A stretch of 64,000 bases of DNA, from positions 7,838 through 71,837 of the forward strand of contig JBHGBE010000009.1 of assembly GCA_041946855.1 (NCBI GenBank). Reading direction: 5' to 3'. Made by a program: the position numbers and the translations under genes. The notes beneath the pieces are model-generated. The model saw only the letters and a list, made by a program, of their open reading frames with translations, had not been told where the DNA came from and searched no databases. Origin of the DNA: Phycisphaerae bacterium (lineage in GTDB: Bacteria; Planctomycetota; Phycisphaerae; SM23-33). How positions within the stretch are numbered: the stretch's first letter is position 1; each line of letters begins with the position of its first letter. Below are positions 1 to 12,683 of this stretch, in pieces.

Positions 1-897
<897 letters not shown>

Positions 898-898
<1 letters not shown>

Positions 899-1665
899 TA
901 GACGGCGAGTTCCTCCCGCACTTCCTCCCTGGCGCTCCACGGAACGGGCTTGACGTCATAGCTGTCCAGGGCGTCGATAACGCCCTGCGACACATGCTGT
1001 TCCTGGTCGTTCAGGAAGGCATACGCCTTGGAATCCGGCGACCTGACATCCTTCGTGTCGATCCACTTGAACGCCACGGCCTCGGCTGTATCTCGACTGG
1101 GGCGTGTAATCGTCTGGATGATGCGCTCTGGTTGCCTGCGCGACTTGGGAATCACAAAGTCGAACAGGTGATCGTATCCGCTCTTGCCGGTGAACTTGAC
1201 GTTCGGCGTGTATCGAATCTCAGCGGCATCCATCCATGCGACCACGTCTTCGTAGAACAAGCTGGCCACCATGGGCACCGAAAGGAAGAACAAGTCGTTG
1301 ACCGCCAGCATCGCCTGTACCAGGTTGTGCTTGCGGAGCGCGAAATTCTCCCCCGACGCCGAGACCTCCAGCCGCCCCTCGTTGTTCTGCACGCCGAAGC
1401 CCGCCAGCGTCATTCGCAACAAGTCCTGCCGCTTCGGGCTGTCCAGCTTGCACCCGCTGTGCTTCAGATCCTCAATGATGTACCCGTCATCCGTCAGCAT
1501 GAATCCGCCGTTGCCCTTGCGGACGTAGATTTGGAGGTAGTCGTTGTGCCGGTCCAGATACGGGGTCGTGACCTCCACCCAATTGTCGGGGGCTTGGCGC
1601 AACGTGGTCTTGTCCCTGAGCCAGGCCACATAGTCGTCCAGCAGTTTCTGGATTTCGTCAATCAT
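898..1665 (-). CDS. DUF1828/DUF1829-like protein with a putative PD-(D/E)xK-like C-terminal domain
   Basis: Motifs [20 protein letters not shown] and [16 protein letters not shown]; TAATG overlap with hsdR. Confidence 0.75.
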
Positions 1666-2111
1666 GTGAATAACCCTCGATTGATGGCGGGCGGATCAAC
1701 GACGTTGCAGAACTTCATGAAATCCTGGAGGGTCTGCCACAGATCGCCAACATTCGGAAACTTGTCGGCGGGGACCGCGACGGCCCACTTGTCGCCGTAT
1801 CCCTCCCGGTACATGTGCAAGTGCGGGCAGGTCACTTCTTGGTCATCCGGGTTGCGATGCGGCGAGCCGCCGAAGTCCAGACGGACGAGAACGACGATCT
1901 GCCGAGCCCGGTTCTGGTACTTGCCCTTCTGTAAGTCGATGCGGGCGCGGCTGATATCAAGCAGGAACTGCTCGCGCTTATCCTGTGACGCCAGTGGGAC
2001 GATCAGTGACCCGCCGCCCCCAGGATAGTCGCAGGCGTCGTCGTTGACCCTCACCTTCGGCATCGCAATCAACGCATCTGCCTCCGCTTGTGTTAGGTCC
2101 AGATCAGCCAT
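1662..2111 (-). CDS. DUF6978-like hypothetical protein
   Basis: [14 protein letters not shown]...[31 protein letters not shown]; ATGA overlap with the next gene. Confidence 0.7.
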   Translation of the reverse strand: MADLDLTQAEADALIAMPKVRVNDDACDYPGGGGSLIVPLASQDKREQFLLDISRARIDLQKGKYQNRARQIVVLVRLDFGGSPHRNPDDQEVTCPHLHMYREGYGDKWAVAVPADKFPNVGDLWQTLQDFMKFCNVVDPPAINRGLFT

Positions 2112-3471
2112 TTGCCGCTCTCCTTGCCGCCTCCGCGCCTACCGGCACGGCTTGGACGGCCGGCCTCGCCTTCCGTTCCTGATAGGTCTCGAAGATGAAC
2201 ACCGCCAGGGTGCCCGCCGCACCGACGGCCAGGCGGGCATGTCTGGCCTGCAATCCCCTCGCCCCCGCATCTTTGCCATGCCCGGAACCATATAGGCCGC
2301 GCAGTTCGGCGATTCCCTGCGCGACGGTGCCAAGGTTGCTCAGCACCCTCTTGATGGTATCGGCACCTTTTGCCGTGTTTGGCACGTTGTCGGGCAGGAG
2401 GTCAAGCTCCTCACGAACCTGCTTGACCAATTGCGGGATATCGGCGCTGGCGGTAATCGTCGCGCCGCACTCGCGAAGAATGGTCTTGCAGATGGTCTCG
2501 ACAAACTCCTTGGCCGTGCCGATGGCCAGTTCCGGGTCCGACTCAATCGCGGCTTCCATCCGCGTCAGTTGCTGCGTCACGTATTCGGCGTTCAGCGTCT
2601 GGACAAGCGATTTGACGCCCCCAAGCGCCGCAGCGCCCTTCAGCATGCGACGCCGCCCCGCAAAGATGGGCCTGCCCGACAACTGGGCCCTGGCGGCAAT
2701 CTCCCATCCATCAGGGGCCAGATGCTCGTTGAACATCTGGACAAGCCGCTGAACTTCCTGGCCATCCGGGCGGACGACGGGATGAACCATCTCGCAAAGG
2801 AACCGCAAGAACGCCTCGTCAGAGGCGTGCTTCAGGCCAAACCGCGAGTCCGCAAACACCCAATCGCTGGTCCAGTCATCGTTCATCACCCGGTGCTGGT
2901 GTATGTCGCCAGCGGCCATCGTGAACCGGGAATCCTGGGAAGGCAGGCTGTCCAGATCATACAGCCGGGACAGGAAATCCGGTTCCATGAGCCGACCGGA
3001 CCACGAGATGCGCCCGACGCTGATTGCGTCAAAGATATTCTGCCGGGTGAGTTCGGAGATGCTGCGTCCAGACGGAGCGTCGTCGAATACTCGCTGCGTA
3101 TCTGGCGCGGCCGGGCCAATCCTGCCGTCCTGGAACTTGTACCCGTCCTTCTTCAAGCAGCTCACGAGCGCGTCGATGGCGCGCTGCGCTGCCTGCTTGT
3201 CATACTGGTCGGGCAACTTCTGGTTTGCGGTGTTCAGGACGTTCTCGTAGGCGGAGAGCAGCCGCAGAACGTCTGCGGGGTCGGTGAAGTCCAACGTGTG
3301 GTAGTATTGTTCGACGAGACATCGTCGCTGGCCGCCAAGCTGCGGGGCATGCTGCCGGTCGCAATCCACATGCGCCGCATCGAATTCCATCTCGATTTCC
3401 CGAAGAGTCCAGCCGACCAAGTACTCTCGGAACTGGTCGCGCGTCTTCTTGCTGACAAGCTCGCCGTTCAT
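2104..3471 (-). CDS. Abortive-infection family protein (extra N-terminal domain + AbiJ-NTD3-like + Abi_C/HEPN-like)
   Basis: Central [42 protein letters not shown]; C-terminal [29 protein letters not shown] (Rx6H). Confidence 0.8.
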   Translation of the reverse strand: MNGELVSKKTRDQFREYLVGWTLREIEMEFDAAHVDCDRQHAPQLGGQRRCLVEQYYHTLDFTDPADVLRLLSAYENVLNTANQKLPDQYDKQAAQRAIDALVSCLKKDGYKFQDGRIGPAAPDTQRVFDDAPSGRSISELTRQNIFDAISVGRISWSGRLMEPDFLSRLYDLDSLPSQDSRFTMAAGDIHQHRVMNDDWTSDWVFADSRFGLKHASDEAFLRFLCEMVHPVVRPDGQEVQRLVQMFNEHLAPDGWEIAARAQLSGRPIFAGRRRMLKGAAALGGVKSLVQTLNAEYVTQQLTRMEAAIESDPELAIGTAKEFVETICKTILRECGATITASADIPQLVKQVREELDLLPDNVPNTAKGADTIKRVLSNLGTVAQGIAELRGLYGSGHGKDAGARGLQARHARLAVGAAGTLAVFIFETYQERKARPAVQAVPVGAEAARRAANG

Positions 3472-4805
3472 GCGACCCCCTTTGACGACTTGCCGGCATC
3501 CTGGACCCGAATCTCGCCAGATAGCAACCTCGGCAACAGCGCGTCGCGCATCGCGGTCAGCGTCTCAGATTCCTGACGATTGCACTCGGCCTTGGCATGG
3601 AGGTCGGCGGCAAGGGACTCGAAGCGGTCAATTAGCCCGGCCGGCGGAAGGACAAACAGGGGGCGCTGGAGGCCGTCGGCCGCGAGCATGTTGACGGTCG
3701 TGCCGTTGGTGCAACCTGTGATCTGGTCGCGGACAAGCGGCGACATCAGCAGATGGTAGAGGAACTGCGTTTTCAGCGGGGACTTCGACACGGGACGGAC
3801 GCGGTACAAATGATGGCTGAACAGCCCCGATTCACCAAAGCACGCGGGCACGATGGCAGGATACCCGATGAGCAGATAGTCAAACCCTTGCTCAGTATTG
3901 GCAACGATCACGTCTCCGGGCCGGACGAAGTGCCTCTCCCTGTACTCGCCGGTGTAGTACTTGATGCCCGCGTACTTGTAGCCGCCGCCTTCAAGGACGG
4001 AATTCAGGTTGTGGAGGGGCAGCCCTTCACCCGCCTGCGCAAGACCGGCACCGTTGTAGCTGAGGCCCTTGACGGCCTCTACGTATTGCTCCAGCCCAAC
4101 TGCTTGCCACCCCTTCGGGATCGGCCCGATGGGCGAGTCCTGGAAGGCGGCGGGGAAGAGAGCGGCGGTGGCGGCGTCCATGCTGGGGGGCTTACGGCCG
4201 GCGACCTTGGCGCGGACAGGGTCGAAGTCAACGAACCAACTCTTGAAGATGGCCCGCGCCATCGCCTCCAGCGTCTCGTTCATCCGCCGGTTCAACTCGA
4301 TCTTATCGTCCAGCGTGCCCAGGATGCCCGCGATCCGCTTCTGTTCCCCGAGAGGCGGCACTGGCACTTCGCAATGACTCAAGGCACTGATCGGAACCCT
4401 CTGCCTTCCAGAACTGCCCGTCATCTGCGATACGCAGTACAACCTGACGCCATCCCACTTCGTCAGGTAGTATGCGAAGTCGTTGTCGGTTACGCCCGGC
4501 CTCCCTCGGATCACTATGAATTCCGTAGAACCGTGGCCAACTTGATGGTCGCCCTGAGGCCGAAAACGGGCAATTTTCCCGTTCTCCAGACAGGGAGTGA
4601 TTCTCGCCATCAGCGTATCGCCAGGCGCGAAATGTGAACCTCCGCCATCGAACTCACGTGTCTCACTGGGACCGACGCTGCGTGATGCAGGGATGACCGC
4701 CTGCATATCCACGAAGGGATAGACCTCCCCGCGCTTAAGCGCGACCGGGGGATTGACCTGAACCGCTTCGTCAAACGGCATATTGACCCAAGGTTCACTC
4801 CCCAT
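3468..4805 (-). CDS. hsdS: Type I RM specificity subunit
   Basis: Two TRDs separated by PPLGEQKRIAGILGTLDDKIELNRRMNETLEAMARAIFKSWFVDFDPV; ends RDALLPRLLSGEI. Start set to MGSEPW. Confidence 0.93.
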   Translation of the reverse strand: MGSEPWVNMPFDEAVQVNPPVALKRGEVYPFVDMQAVIPASRSVGPSETREFDGGGSHFAPGDTLMARITPCLENGKIARFRPQGDHQVGHGSTEFIVIRGRPGVTDNDFAYYLTKWDGVRLYCVSQMTGSSGRQRVPISALSHCEVPVPPLGEQKRIAGILGTLDDKIELNRRMNETLEAMARAIFKSWFVDFDPVRAKVAGRKPPSMDAATAALFPAAFQDSPIGPIPKGWQAVGLEQYVEAVKGLSYNGAGLAQAGEGLPLHNLNSVLEGGGYKYAGIKYYTGEYRERHFVRPGDVIVANTEQGFDYLLIGYPAIVPACFGESGLFSHHLYRVRPVSKSPLKTQFLYHLLMSPLVRDQITGCTNGTTVNMLAADGLQRPLFVLPPAGLIDRFESLAADLHAKAECNRQESETLTAMRDALLPRLLSGEIRVQDAGKSSKGVA

Positions 4806-6285
4806 CGCCCACCCCCTTATCCTTGGCCTTGCGCAGTTCTGCCTCGATGTCCCGCGGGGCTGGCAGAGCGCCCTTGAGTTTGGCCGGCAGCGACGCGACC
4901 AGCCGGGTGACGTAACGGGCGACGCCGACGGGCTTGGCGACATCCCGCAGGGCGTATTCAGCGATGACCTTGTTGCGGGTCTTGCACAGGATCAGGCCGA
5001 TGGACGGCTTGTCGTCGCCCTGGCGCAGGTGGTCATCCACGGCCGACAGGTACAGGTTCATCTTGCCGGCGTATTCCGCCTTGAACGGCCCGGCCTTGAG
5101 GTCGATCACGATGTAGCGGCGCAAGCGCAGGTGGTAGAAGAGGAGGTCGATGTAGAAGTCCTCGCCGCCCACCACCAGGTGGTACTGCTGGCCGACGAAT
5201 GCGAAGCCCGCGCCAAGCTCCAGCAGGAACCGGCGGATGTGCGCCAGAAGACCCTCCTCAAGCTCGCGCTCCGCGGCGTCGGTGCGGAGCGTGAGGAAGT
5301 CGAAGTTGTACGGGTCCTTGATGACCGCCGCGGCCAGGTCCGACTGCGGCGGGGGCAGCGTGACGGGAAAGTTCGTGACGGCCTTGCCCTGGCGGGCGTG
5401 CAGGTCCGACTCGATCCAGTGTACGAGCATGGCCCGCGACCAGCCGTTGACGATGGCTTGCTGGGCATACCATAGGCGTTTGGCTGGATCCTTGAGCTTC
5501 TGGAGCAGGACGATGTTGTGTCCCCAGGGGATTTCTGAAACAGGCTGTTTCAGAATTGACGGGGGGCGGGATTCTGAAACAGGTTGTGTCAGTTTCTCCT
5601 GGTCCTCGGCGTAGGCCAGGTAGAACGCCCTCGCGTGCCAGATGTTCCTTGCCGAGAAACCTTCCAGGCCAGGGAACGCTTTCTGCAAGTCGCTGGCCAG
5701 TTGCTCGACCACGGCCTTGCCCCAGCCTTCCTGTTGTTGTCGCTGCGCTATGTCCCGGCCGATGGTCCAATACAGATAGACGAGTTCACGGTTAACCGAC
5801 AGGGCGGCCTTCACCTGGGCGGTGTGGATGCGCGCCTTGATGTTCTCCAGCAGGTTGGAGTAGCCCGACGGCAGGCCATTGCTGGGCCGCTTTGCGAGCG
5901 AAGCGCCCGCTTGGACCAAGGCGGCCAAGTAGTCTTGAACGGAGAAGTACTTGCCGCCCTTCTCGTGCGGGTAGACCGCGGATGGCTCGGCCTTGCCATC
6001 CTCGTACACGAAGAGCGCCGGAACCTGCTTGCCCAGGAGCGGCAGGCCGCCGGCTCGTTTGGAGCCGAACGTCTGACGGATGCGCAATCTGCGCCGGACG
6101 GACACGATCCAAGCCGCGTCCCGCCAGGTTTCCCACCCGGCGACCGGCATCCCCTTGGTGTCGATGGACTCGCACATGATGCCGGAAGCATGCGCCCGGT
6201 CTAGGCAGTTTCTGATCGCCTTCAGGTCAACGTCTCCGAAGGGCTTGATTGCGCTGTCAAACAGGAGAACCAGTCTGGAGATCAT
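4795..6285 (-). CDS. YhcG/DUF1016 PD-(D/E)xK nuclease-domain protein with an extra ~130-aa N-terminal domain
   Basis: [52 protein letters not shown] and GKMNLYL. Confidence 0.88.
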   Translation of the reverse strand: MISRLVLLFDSAIKPFGDVDLKAIRNCLDRAHASGIMCESIDTKGMPVAGWETWRDAAWIVSVRRRLRIRQTFGSKRAGGLPLLGKQVPALFVYEDGKAEPSAVYPHEKGGKYFSVQDYLAALVQAGASLAKRPSNGLPSGYSNLLENIKARIHTAQVKAALSVNRELVYLYWTIGRDIAQRQQQEGWGKAVVEQLASDLQKAFPGLEGFSARNIWHARAFYLAYAEDQEKLTQPVSESRPPSILKQPVSEIPWGHNIVLLQKLKDPAKRLWYAQQAIVNGWSRAMLVHWIESDLHARQGKAVTNFPVTLPPPQSDLAAAVIKDPYNFDFLTLRTDAAERELEEGLLAHIRRFLLELGAGFAFVGQQYHLVVGGEDFYIDLLFYHLRLRRYIVIDLKAGPFKAEYAGKMNLYLSAVDDHLRQGDDKPSIGLILCKTRNKVIAEYALRDVAKPVGVARYVTRLVASLPAKLKGALPAPRDIEAELRKAKDKGVGDGE

Positions 6286-7880
6286 CTCGGTTTGCCTCCC
6301 GGCAGTGCGCTGAGCGAGAAGCCGATGCCCTGCAAGTTGGCGCGGATCGCCTTCTCCAGGCCGGCCGACTCGGCGAACTGCTCGGCCAGCGTCTTGGTCA
6401 GGCGGGCCATCTTCTGATCGAATGGCTCGCCGTCATCCTCTATGGCCTCCGCCCCGACGTACCGGCCGGGGGTGAGGACGTGGCCGTGGGAGGCGATCTC
6501 CTCGGCCGTGGCAGACTTACAGAAGCCAGCCACATCGGCGTACTTGCCGGCGTCCTTGTCGCCCCGCCAAGCGTGGTATGTGCCGGCGACCTTCTCGATA
6601 TCCGCATCCGTCAACTCGGCGTGGGTGCGGTCCACCATCGAGCCGAGCTTGCGGCCATCAATGAATAGCGTCTGGCCGCGGCGGTCGCGGAACTTGCCGT
6701 TGCCCTTGCTGCGCGCCAGGAACCACAGGCACACGGGAATCTGCGTCGAGTAGAAGAGCTGGCCGGGCAGGGCGACCATGCAGTCCACCAGGTCCGCCTC
6801 GACGATGGCCTTGCGGATGTCGCCCTCGCCGGATTGGTTCGACGACATCGACCCGTTGGCCAGGACGAAGCCGGCCGTGCCGGTGGGCGCCAGGTGGTGG
6901 ATGAAGTGCTGCACCCAGGCGTAGTTCGCATTGCCGGCCGGCGGCGTGCCGTACTTCCAGCGGACATCCTCACGCAGGCGCTCCCCGCCCCAGTCGGACA
7001 TGTTGAACGGCGGATTGGCCAGGATGAAGTCGGCCTTGAGGTCCTTGTGCAGGTCGCGGTGGAAGCTGTCGGCGTTCTCCGGCCCCAGGTTGGCGTCGAT
7101 GTGGCGGATGGCGAGGTTCATCTTGGCCAGCCGCCAGGTGGTCGGGTTGGACTCCTGGCCGTAGATGGCGACGGCCCCGCGCCGGCCACCGTGCGTGGCG
7201 ACGAACTCCTCGGACTGGACGAACATGCCGCCGGAACCGCAGCAGGGGTCGAAGATTCGGCTGTTCTCGCGCGGGGCGAGCATGGCGACCAGCAGGCGGA
7301 CGACGCAGCGCGGCGTGTAGAATTGTCCGCCTTTTTTGCCCTCGGCGGACGCGAACTGCGCCAGGAAATACTCGTAGACGCGGCCCAGGATGTCCTTGGA
7401 GCGGTTCTCCGCGTCGCCCAGGCCGATCCTGCCCACCAGGTCGATCAGCTCGCCGACGGCCTGCTTGTTGAGCGCCGGCCGGGCGTAGTCCTTGGGCAGG
7501 ACGCCCTTGAGCGTGGGGTTCTCCTTCTCGATGGCGACCATCGCGTCGTCGAGAACCTTGCCGATGGTCGGCTGCTTGGCCCCGGCGCGAAGGTGCTCCC
7601 AGCGGGCGACCTTGGGGACCCAGAAGACGTTCGCGCCGGCGTACTCGTCCCGATCCTCCGGGTTGGCGTTGGGCTCCAGCTTGAGCCTGGCGTAGTGCTC
7701 CTGGAAGGCGTCGGAGATGTACTTGAGGAAGATCAGGCCCAGGACGACGTGCTTGTACTCGGCGGCGTCCATGTGCCCACGGAGCTTGTCGGCGGCCTGC
7801 CAGAGCGTCTCCTCGAAGCCCAGGACGGCCCCGTTGCCCTGCTTGCCGCTGCCGTTGCGCGTGCGTACCGACTTGGACAT
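6282..7880 (-). CDS. hsdM: Type I RM methyltransferase subunit M (N6-adenine)
   Basis: [26 protein letters not shown] and NPPF motifs; start MSKSVR follows a GGAG SD. Confidence 0.95.
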   Translation of the reverse strand: MSKSVRTRNGSGKQGNGAVLGFEETLWQAADKLRGHMDAAEYKHVVLGLIFLKYISDAFQEHYARLKLEPNANPEDRDEYAGANVFWVPKVARWEHLRAGAKQPTIGKVLDDAMVAIEKENPTLKGVLPKDYARPALNKQAVGELIDLVGRIGLGDAENRSKDILGRVYEYFLAQFASAEGKKGGQFYTPRCVVRLLVAMLAPRENSRIFDPCCGSGGMFVQSEEFVATHGGRRGAVAIYGQESNPTTWRLAKMNLAIRHIDANLGPENADSFHRDLHKDLKADFILANPPFNMSDWGGERLREDVRWKYGTPPAGNANYAWVQHFIHHLAPTGTAGFVLANGSMSSNQSGEGDIRKAIVEADLVDCMVALPGQLFYSTQIPVCLWFLARSKGNGKFRDRRGQTLFIDGRKLGSMVDRTHAELTDADIEKVAGTYHAWRGDKDAGKYADVAGFCKSATAEEIASHGHVLTPGRYVGAEAIEDDGEPFDQKMARLTKTLAEQFAESAGLEKAIRANLQGIGFSLSALPGGKPR

Positions 7881-8040
7881 CGTGACTCCTGGCGACGAAT
7901 CCCGTGCGGAATGGATCGACGGCGGCCAGTATGCGCCGGGGCGGGGGGAAATGCAATCGTCGCGTGGAAAGCAATCAGGGCCACGGGGGTTAGCGCTCAG
8001 CGTGCGCGTGCAGAGCGGCGGGGAATGCTCCATCACAGGA

Positions 8041-10209
8041 CTAGCGCCCCACTTGCATCAGCCTGGCCCTGGCCTTCTCGTACCGCGCCATCCTGCGACG
8101 GTCCTTCGGGCCGATCACGGGCAGCCTTGACAGGTCCATGTTGTCTCCCAGGTCGGCCAGCTTGACGCGCCGGGCGACGGGATTGGCCGCGCACCGCTCG
8201 ATGAACGCCTCGTAGGGCTCATCCTCTCGCTTGGTCAGGCACTCCACGGCCGCCAGCACCGCCTGCGAGTAGCCCGCCTTCCGCAGGTCGTCCAGCGTGA
8301 CGGCCGTATCCTCAACCACATCGTGCAGCACGGCCACGATCCGGTCCACCGGCTCCCGGAGCCTCAGCATGACCCTCAGCGGGTGCGTGATGTAGGGCAC
8401 GCCGGCCTTGTCCACCTGTCCCTTGTGGGCCTGGGCGGCCAGGATGATGGCGTCGTCGCGCTCTGGACCTCTGCTCAGCACCGTCGCGGGCGCCAGTGGG
8501 AATATGGCCGGGTCATCCCTGTACTCCTCCCCGGCCCGGAAGATCAGGGAGCCGTTGGCATCGTAGACAAGGCCAACTTCCCCGTCCCCCCGCCAGTCGT
8601 CGATTGTCTTGCAGACCAGCAGGCTCTTCCGCGTGATCCCGATGGCCCTCGGGAGGGCATCTTCCAGACAGTCGTACTGGCCCTCGGTCCAGAAATCGTC
8701 CTCTTCGTCGCCATCCCCGAAGAGGTCATGCACGTCTACCTTCCAGGGCCCCTTCGTCACTCGCAGGGAGTCGATGTACGTCATGGCATTTCTCCAGTGT
8801 TCCGCCTCCAAGTCCTTCGACCACTGGTGCTGTGAGGAGGCCGAAGACTCGCTCCCTGTCGGCGGCGGCGTATCGGTTGAACCATTCGGAGGCTTTGGCT
8901 TCGGTGAATTCGTCGCGGGAGTGTTGGGCTTGTGCAGACCCATCGCCTCGTCGGCCTCGCAGATCATCCGGCGAAGAACGTCGGATGAGGCCATTGGTAT
9001 AAGTCCCGCCGTCGAGTAGGCTTGATGTTCCAGGTATCGCTTGGCTTCCTGGACCAAGGAAGAAGCCTCCTTACTGTCCTGGATTGCCTCAAAGTCGTTC
9101 ATAAACTCGTCGGCCGAGGGCACGCCACGGCGCCAGACGCCGCCTGAACGGCGGGCGGCGAACGCGCCGTCCAGCACGGAGATGTCGCCGGTTTCAGGAT
9201 CCCAAGAGACACGCGGCTCAACGGGTGACTTTGGTGGAGACCCCTTTCCCCCAGAAGGCTCAGCGATGTCAGAGCCTGCGGCTTGTGGTGCGTCCCCGAC
9301 GTCTTCCGGCTCGGGCATGTCCGGCAGGAGGATGTAGTCCGCCATCACCAGCTCGCGGCGCACCTCCGGATCATGGACGCCCTGCTTCTCCATCACCTGG
9401 TCGTAGTCCTCCGCCTCCTCGCCGATCAACTGCATGTACTGCCAGAACGTCCCCTCCGCCGCCGCCTGGTTGCAGACGTTCGGGCGGTGCTTCAGGGAGT
9501 GCCTCATCGCCAGGCGGCCGTAGCCGTTCAGGTCCTTCTCCGACAGGCCGGTTTTCGGGTCCGGCGGGGGCTTGTTCTTGAGGCTGTACCGCCGGAGGCT
9601 CGGGCGGCGGGGTTCCAAGTCCAGCTTGGCCTGGAGGCTGCTGTCCAGGTCCTCGCCCGGCTGGTTGTCCAGTTCCTGGCTCATTTGTGCCTCCTTCTGG
9701 CGCTTCTGGTGGGCCTGGCGGCGCCGGCGGGCCAGCTCCAGGGATTCCTCGAACAGTCGCTGGCTCTCGGACACTTCCAGGACGTTCGCCGACATGATCT
9801 CCGGCAACTGGCGGACCAACTCCGGCAGAGATAGGCGATCCTCCGGCCTCGCGCTGTGCCAGGTAGCCAAAGAGCTTGGCCCTGGCGGATGCGGGGTACC
9901 GGTCGAACCAACCGGAGGTTTTCGCGTTGGCAAGTCCGGCACGGGCAATTCCTGGGCTTGTGGTGGTGCGCTCGGTGTACCAGTCAGAGGCTGTGGCCTG
10001 GACGCCAGGAAGGCCCGCGCCTCCTGGATGATCGAGGATTCCCTGTTGCGGTCCTGGATATCCTCAAACTTCTCCATCAGCTCGAACGGCGAAGGGATCG
10101 CGCTGGGGCCTGTGGTCCAAACACCGTTCACCCGCCGGCAAGGTTCGTCCAGCCCAAGGACGAATACCTTCCCGGTTTCCGGGTCCCAACCTGTCTCGAT
10201 TCGTGGCAC
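8041..10209 (-). CDS. Multidomain protein: two copies of an unrecognised WDPE domain, a TnpV-like segment and a C-terminal RelA/SpoT/Mesh1-type HD hydrolase
   Basis: [35 protein letters not shown] at the C-terminus; internal repeats; GTG start with AAGGAG SD. Confidence 0.75.
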   Translation of the reverse strand: MPRIETGWDPETGKVFVLGLDEPCRRVNGVWTTGPSAIPSPFELMEKFEDIQDRNRESSIIQEARAFLASRPQPLTGTPSAPPQAQELPVPDLPTRKPPVGSTGTPHPPGPSSLATWHSARPEDRLSLPELVRQLPEIMSANVLEVSESQRLFEESLELARRRRQAHQKRQKEAQMSQELDNQPGEDLDSSLQAKLDLEPRRPSLRRYSLKNKPPPDPKTGLSEKDLNGYGRLAMRHSLKHRPNVCNQAAAEGTFWQYMQLIGEEAEDYDQVMEKQGVHDPEVRRELVMADYILLPDMPEPEDVGDAPQAAGSDIAEPSGGKGSPPKSPVEPRVSWDPETGDISVLDGAFAARRSGGVWRRGVPSADEFMNDFEAIQDSKEASSLVQEAKRYLEHQAYSTAGLIPMASSDVLRRMICEADEAMGLHKPNTPATNSPKPKPPNGSTDTPPPTGSESSASSQHQWSKDLEAEHWRNAMTYIDSLRVTKGPWKVDVHDLFGDGDEEDDFWTEGQYDCLEDALPRAIGITRKSLLVCKTIDDWRGDGEVGLVYDANGSLIFRAGEEYRDDPAIFPLAPATVLSRGPERDDAIILAAQAHKGQVDKAGVPYITHPLRVMLRLREPVDRIVAVLHDVVEDTAVTLDDLRKAGYSQAVLAAVECLTKREDEPYEAFIERCAANPVARRVKLADLGDNMDLSRLPVIGPKDRRRMARYEKARARLMQVGR

Positions 10210-10237
10210 GGGTCAATCTCCTTTCCGCACGGAAAGT

Positions 10238-10534
10238 TCAGCGCCGACGGCCAGATCGGCGGGCGCGATCCGGGAGCGGCGGCGCGGTATTCGTCGAAGC
10301 AGTGGCAGGCTCTGGCCTGGATGAGAGGAAAGCCCTGGCTTCCTGGATGAGGGAGGAGGCGAGTTTGGTGTCCTCTATCGGCTCGAAGTCATTCATGGAT
10401 TCATCGGCGGTAACGACCCCATCCACGCCGGCCATCCACCGGCCGCCCCTGCGCCGGACCGGCGTGCCAAGCCCACGGATGGCGACATCGCCGCTTTCGG
10501 GGTCCCAAGACACTCGCAGCTCATCGGGTGACAT
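10238..10534 (-). CDS. Small protein consisting of one WDPE domain
   Basis: [26 protein letters not shown] aligns by eye with both repeats of the downstream gene; GGAGG SD. Confidence 0.7.
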   Translation of the reverse strand: MSPDELRVSWDPESGDVAIRGLGTPVRRRGGRWMAGVDGVVTADESMNDFEPIEDTKLASSLIQEARAFLSSRPEPATASTNTAPPLPDRARRSGRRR

Positions 10535-10657
10535 AGGCGAGGCTCCCTCCCCCAACATGATTAACGCCACAGGGGTATGGCGATTGCCGTAGACCGCCTG
10601 GAATACCAGACGATCCGCAGCCGGCGGCAAGAGCCGACGAACGCCCAGGCGTAAGAG

Positions 10658-11257
10658 CTAGATGCACTCGCCAGCGTTGTCGAAGCGACTGCCTGATTTC
10701 ATCAGGGCCAACTTGTCTTCGGGCCGTCCCCATTTCCTGATGTACTCCCGCATTGTCTCGGTTAACCTGCCCACGATGTAACGAGTCACACCCCTTGCCT
10801 CCATGACAGTCCGGCGCAAACGCCTTCGCCACAGGGCGTGCGCGGCGAAATACAGTACACCAGCGCCGAAGACCGGCAGAGCTACCCTCCAGGCCATCGA
10901 CCACCATCCCTGATCCCCGCCAGCCGTCAAGACCAAGACCTCTGTGAGGACGATCCATGCGGCGGCCGCGCCGGCGAAAATGCTACAGATGACGCGGACA
11001 AGAGACCTGCCCGACCCCCAAAGCATGGCCAACAATGGGATTTCGGACAAGTCCCTGACCTCGCAGTCCAGGTCAGATGTGATCTCATATTGGGCGGACC
11101 ATGCGTCGAGGTCGAGATCGAGCCAGTCGGGGCGCGAAAGCCTTTCAACATGGCGCCTAAGGTCGTCAAGCACGGCATGACTCTTCTGTTCCTTGCGGCT
11201 TTGTGCATCGGGACCACCAAGGTAGAATTCTTTGAGTTCTTGGGGGGACAGCGCCAC
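10658..11257 (-). CDS. Hypothetical membrane protein (two predicted TM segments)
   Basis: GTG start after AAGGAG; hydrophobic stretches VICSIFAGAAAAWIVL and VALPVFGAGVLYFAA. Confidence 0.55.
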   Translation of the reverse strand: MALSPQELKEFYLGGPDAQSRKEQKSHAVLDDLRRHVERLSRPDWLDLDLDAWSAQYEITSDLDCEVRDLSEIPLLAMLWGSGRSLVRVICSIFAGAAAAWIVLTEVLVLTAGGDQGWWSMAWRVALPVFGAGVLYFAAHALWRRRLRRTVMEARGVTRYIVGRLTETMREYIRKWGRPEDKLALMKSGSRFDNAGECI

Positions 11258-11836
11258 GGAGGTCTCCTTTCGCCAATCCAGGTTCCCTTGATGCCAGCGG
11301 CACAGATGCTCAGTTCGATAGGTCCGCCTCAGCCGTTCTTCGTTGCGGCTGCCAAACGCCGCATTGCTGACACGGAGTCTGTCGGGACTCCTGATGGCCA
11401 CTTGCCGGCTGCCGATCCCATAGAAAAAGGGAGCTGCCGGCTACTACCCCGCTGGAAGGCCCGTGACGGCCCGCGCACGAGGATTCACCAGCAGACTCCC
11501 ATGCGGGAGCCTGCCAGCGGTCGCCTTGTGCGCGGAGAATGTCGCGGTTTTCCAGCGACGCGAACGCTTGGTCAGACCAAGATCAAGTTGTCTAACCTCA
11601 TTGTAACCCCTGCGGCAACAGTGGCAAGTGGCAAGGCCGCAAGATTGAGGCCGGGCCACGGGGTCGGCCGGAGACATGACGCCCCGCGGTCGGGGGGCGG
11701 CGCTGACCTTGGACGGCGCGCCCGTCGCTGGTAAGATCGTGGCCTGGGTTGCCGCCGACGGGCGGCCCAGGGCTGGCCGATCTTCGCCTGCTATCCGACG
11801 GAGATCGGCCAGCCGGCCCAGGAAAGGATAGCCGCC

Positions 11837-12652
11837 GTGCCAGCGCCGCGTCACCGGAAGCCATCCCATCATCGAGGCCCAACACCGGCAGAGGCGGAGG
11901 TACTCAACGGCGCCGCAAGGCAGTATCTTGAGGGGATCCTCAGATGTGTTGATGGCATCGGCAAGGAACTGGAGGCGCGCCTGTCGCCTCACTACCTCCC
12001 GGAAGCTTGTCCCGGCAGGATTCTCTGTGTGCCGCTTCGCCGGATGTTGCATCCGTTCGCCAGGCGCAGATCGGCCAAGCCGGTTGATCTCCACGTACTG
12101 CCCGGCGGCGATGACAAGAGCCGCGTTGCCCTTTGGTCGTGGTTGAGTGCGCTGGGGCATGATCCTGAGATAGCCGCAACCATTCTGTCAGGAATCATCG
12201 ACGACCTCCCGGCGGGTGTGTGGACAAGCGGGTGGCGCCCATCCGCGGGCTTGGTGGATGAATGGCATAAGGCGACCGAGATGCTCCGCGGGTCCCTGCG
12301 GCAGCTTGCGTCTGGAGAAAGCGCTGGCTGTGTCGCCCATATTGACATGGGGCAGGCGGAACCTTCCGCTGAGGGAGCTGGCAAGCGGAAGTCGAAGAGG
12401 AAGAACCAGATGGAGTCGGGAGAAACACTCGTGCTAACTCCCGATGACGAAGCGGTCCTGGGCGCTTTGCTGGATTCCAGAACCACGATGAAGCAAGCGG
12501 ACCTAGCTGCCGCTGCCGAACGAGATATCAAGACAGTCCGTAAGGGGCTGAGGGTGCTGGAGAAAGCCGGCTTGCTGATGCGACCACGGGGGGTAAGATC
12601 AGGATACGCGATCACTGACGCCGGACGCACATACTTGAGCGAGGGTGGTTGA
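11837..12652 (+). CDS. Protein with a C-terminal winged helix-turn-helix
   Basis: LTPDDEAVLGAL..KQADLAAAAERDIKTVRKGLRVLEKAGLL..GYAITDAG; SD AAAGGA. Confidence 0.65.
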   Translation: MPAPRHRKPSHHRGPTPAEAEVLNGAARQYLEGILRCVDGIGKELEARLSPHYLPEACPGRILCVPLRRMLHPFARRRSAKPVDLHVLPGGDDKSRVALWSWLSALGHDPEIAATILSGIIDDLPAGVWTSGWRPSAGLVDEWHKATEMLRGSLRQLASGESAGCVAHIDMGQAEPSAEGAGKRKSKRKNQMESGETLVLTPDDEAVLGALLDSRTTMKQADLAAAAERDIKTVRKGLRVLEKAGLLMRPRGVRSGYAITDAGRTYLSEGG

Positions 12653-12683
12653 TTACCGCTTAGTTCCCGCTTGATTCCCGGCT
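12651..12683 (+). promoter_or_regulatory. Three imperfect 11-bp direct repeats, candidate operator
   Basis: GATTACCGCTT / AGTTCCCGCTT / GATTCCCGGCT lie between the wHTH gene and the xis-like operon. Confidence 0.4.

Noticed and set aside
5530-5590. QPVSE duplication in the YhcG-like protein
   Set aside because: Falls in the variable linker commonly duplicated in DUF1016 proteins.
11444-12160. 238-aa minus-strand ORF
   Set aside because: Overlaps the better-supported wHTH gene; no motifs.
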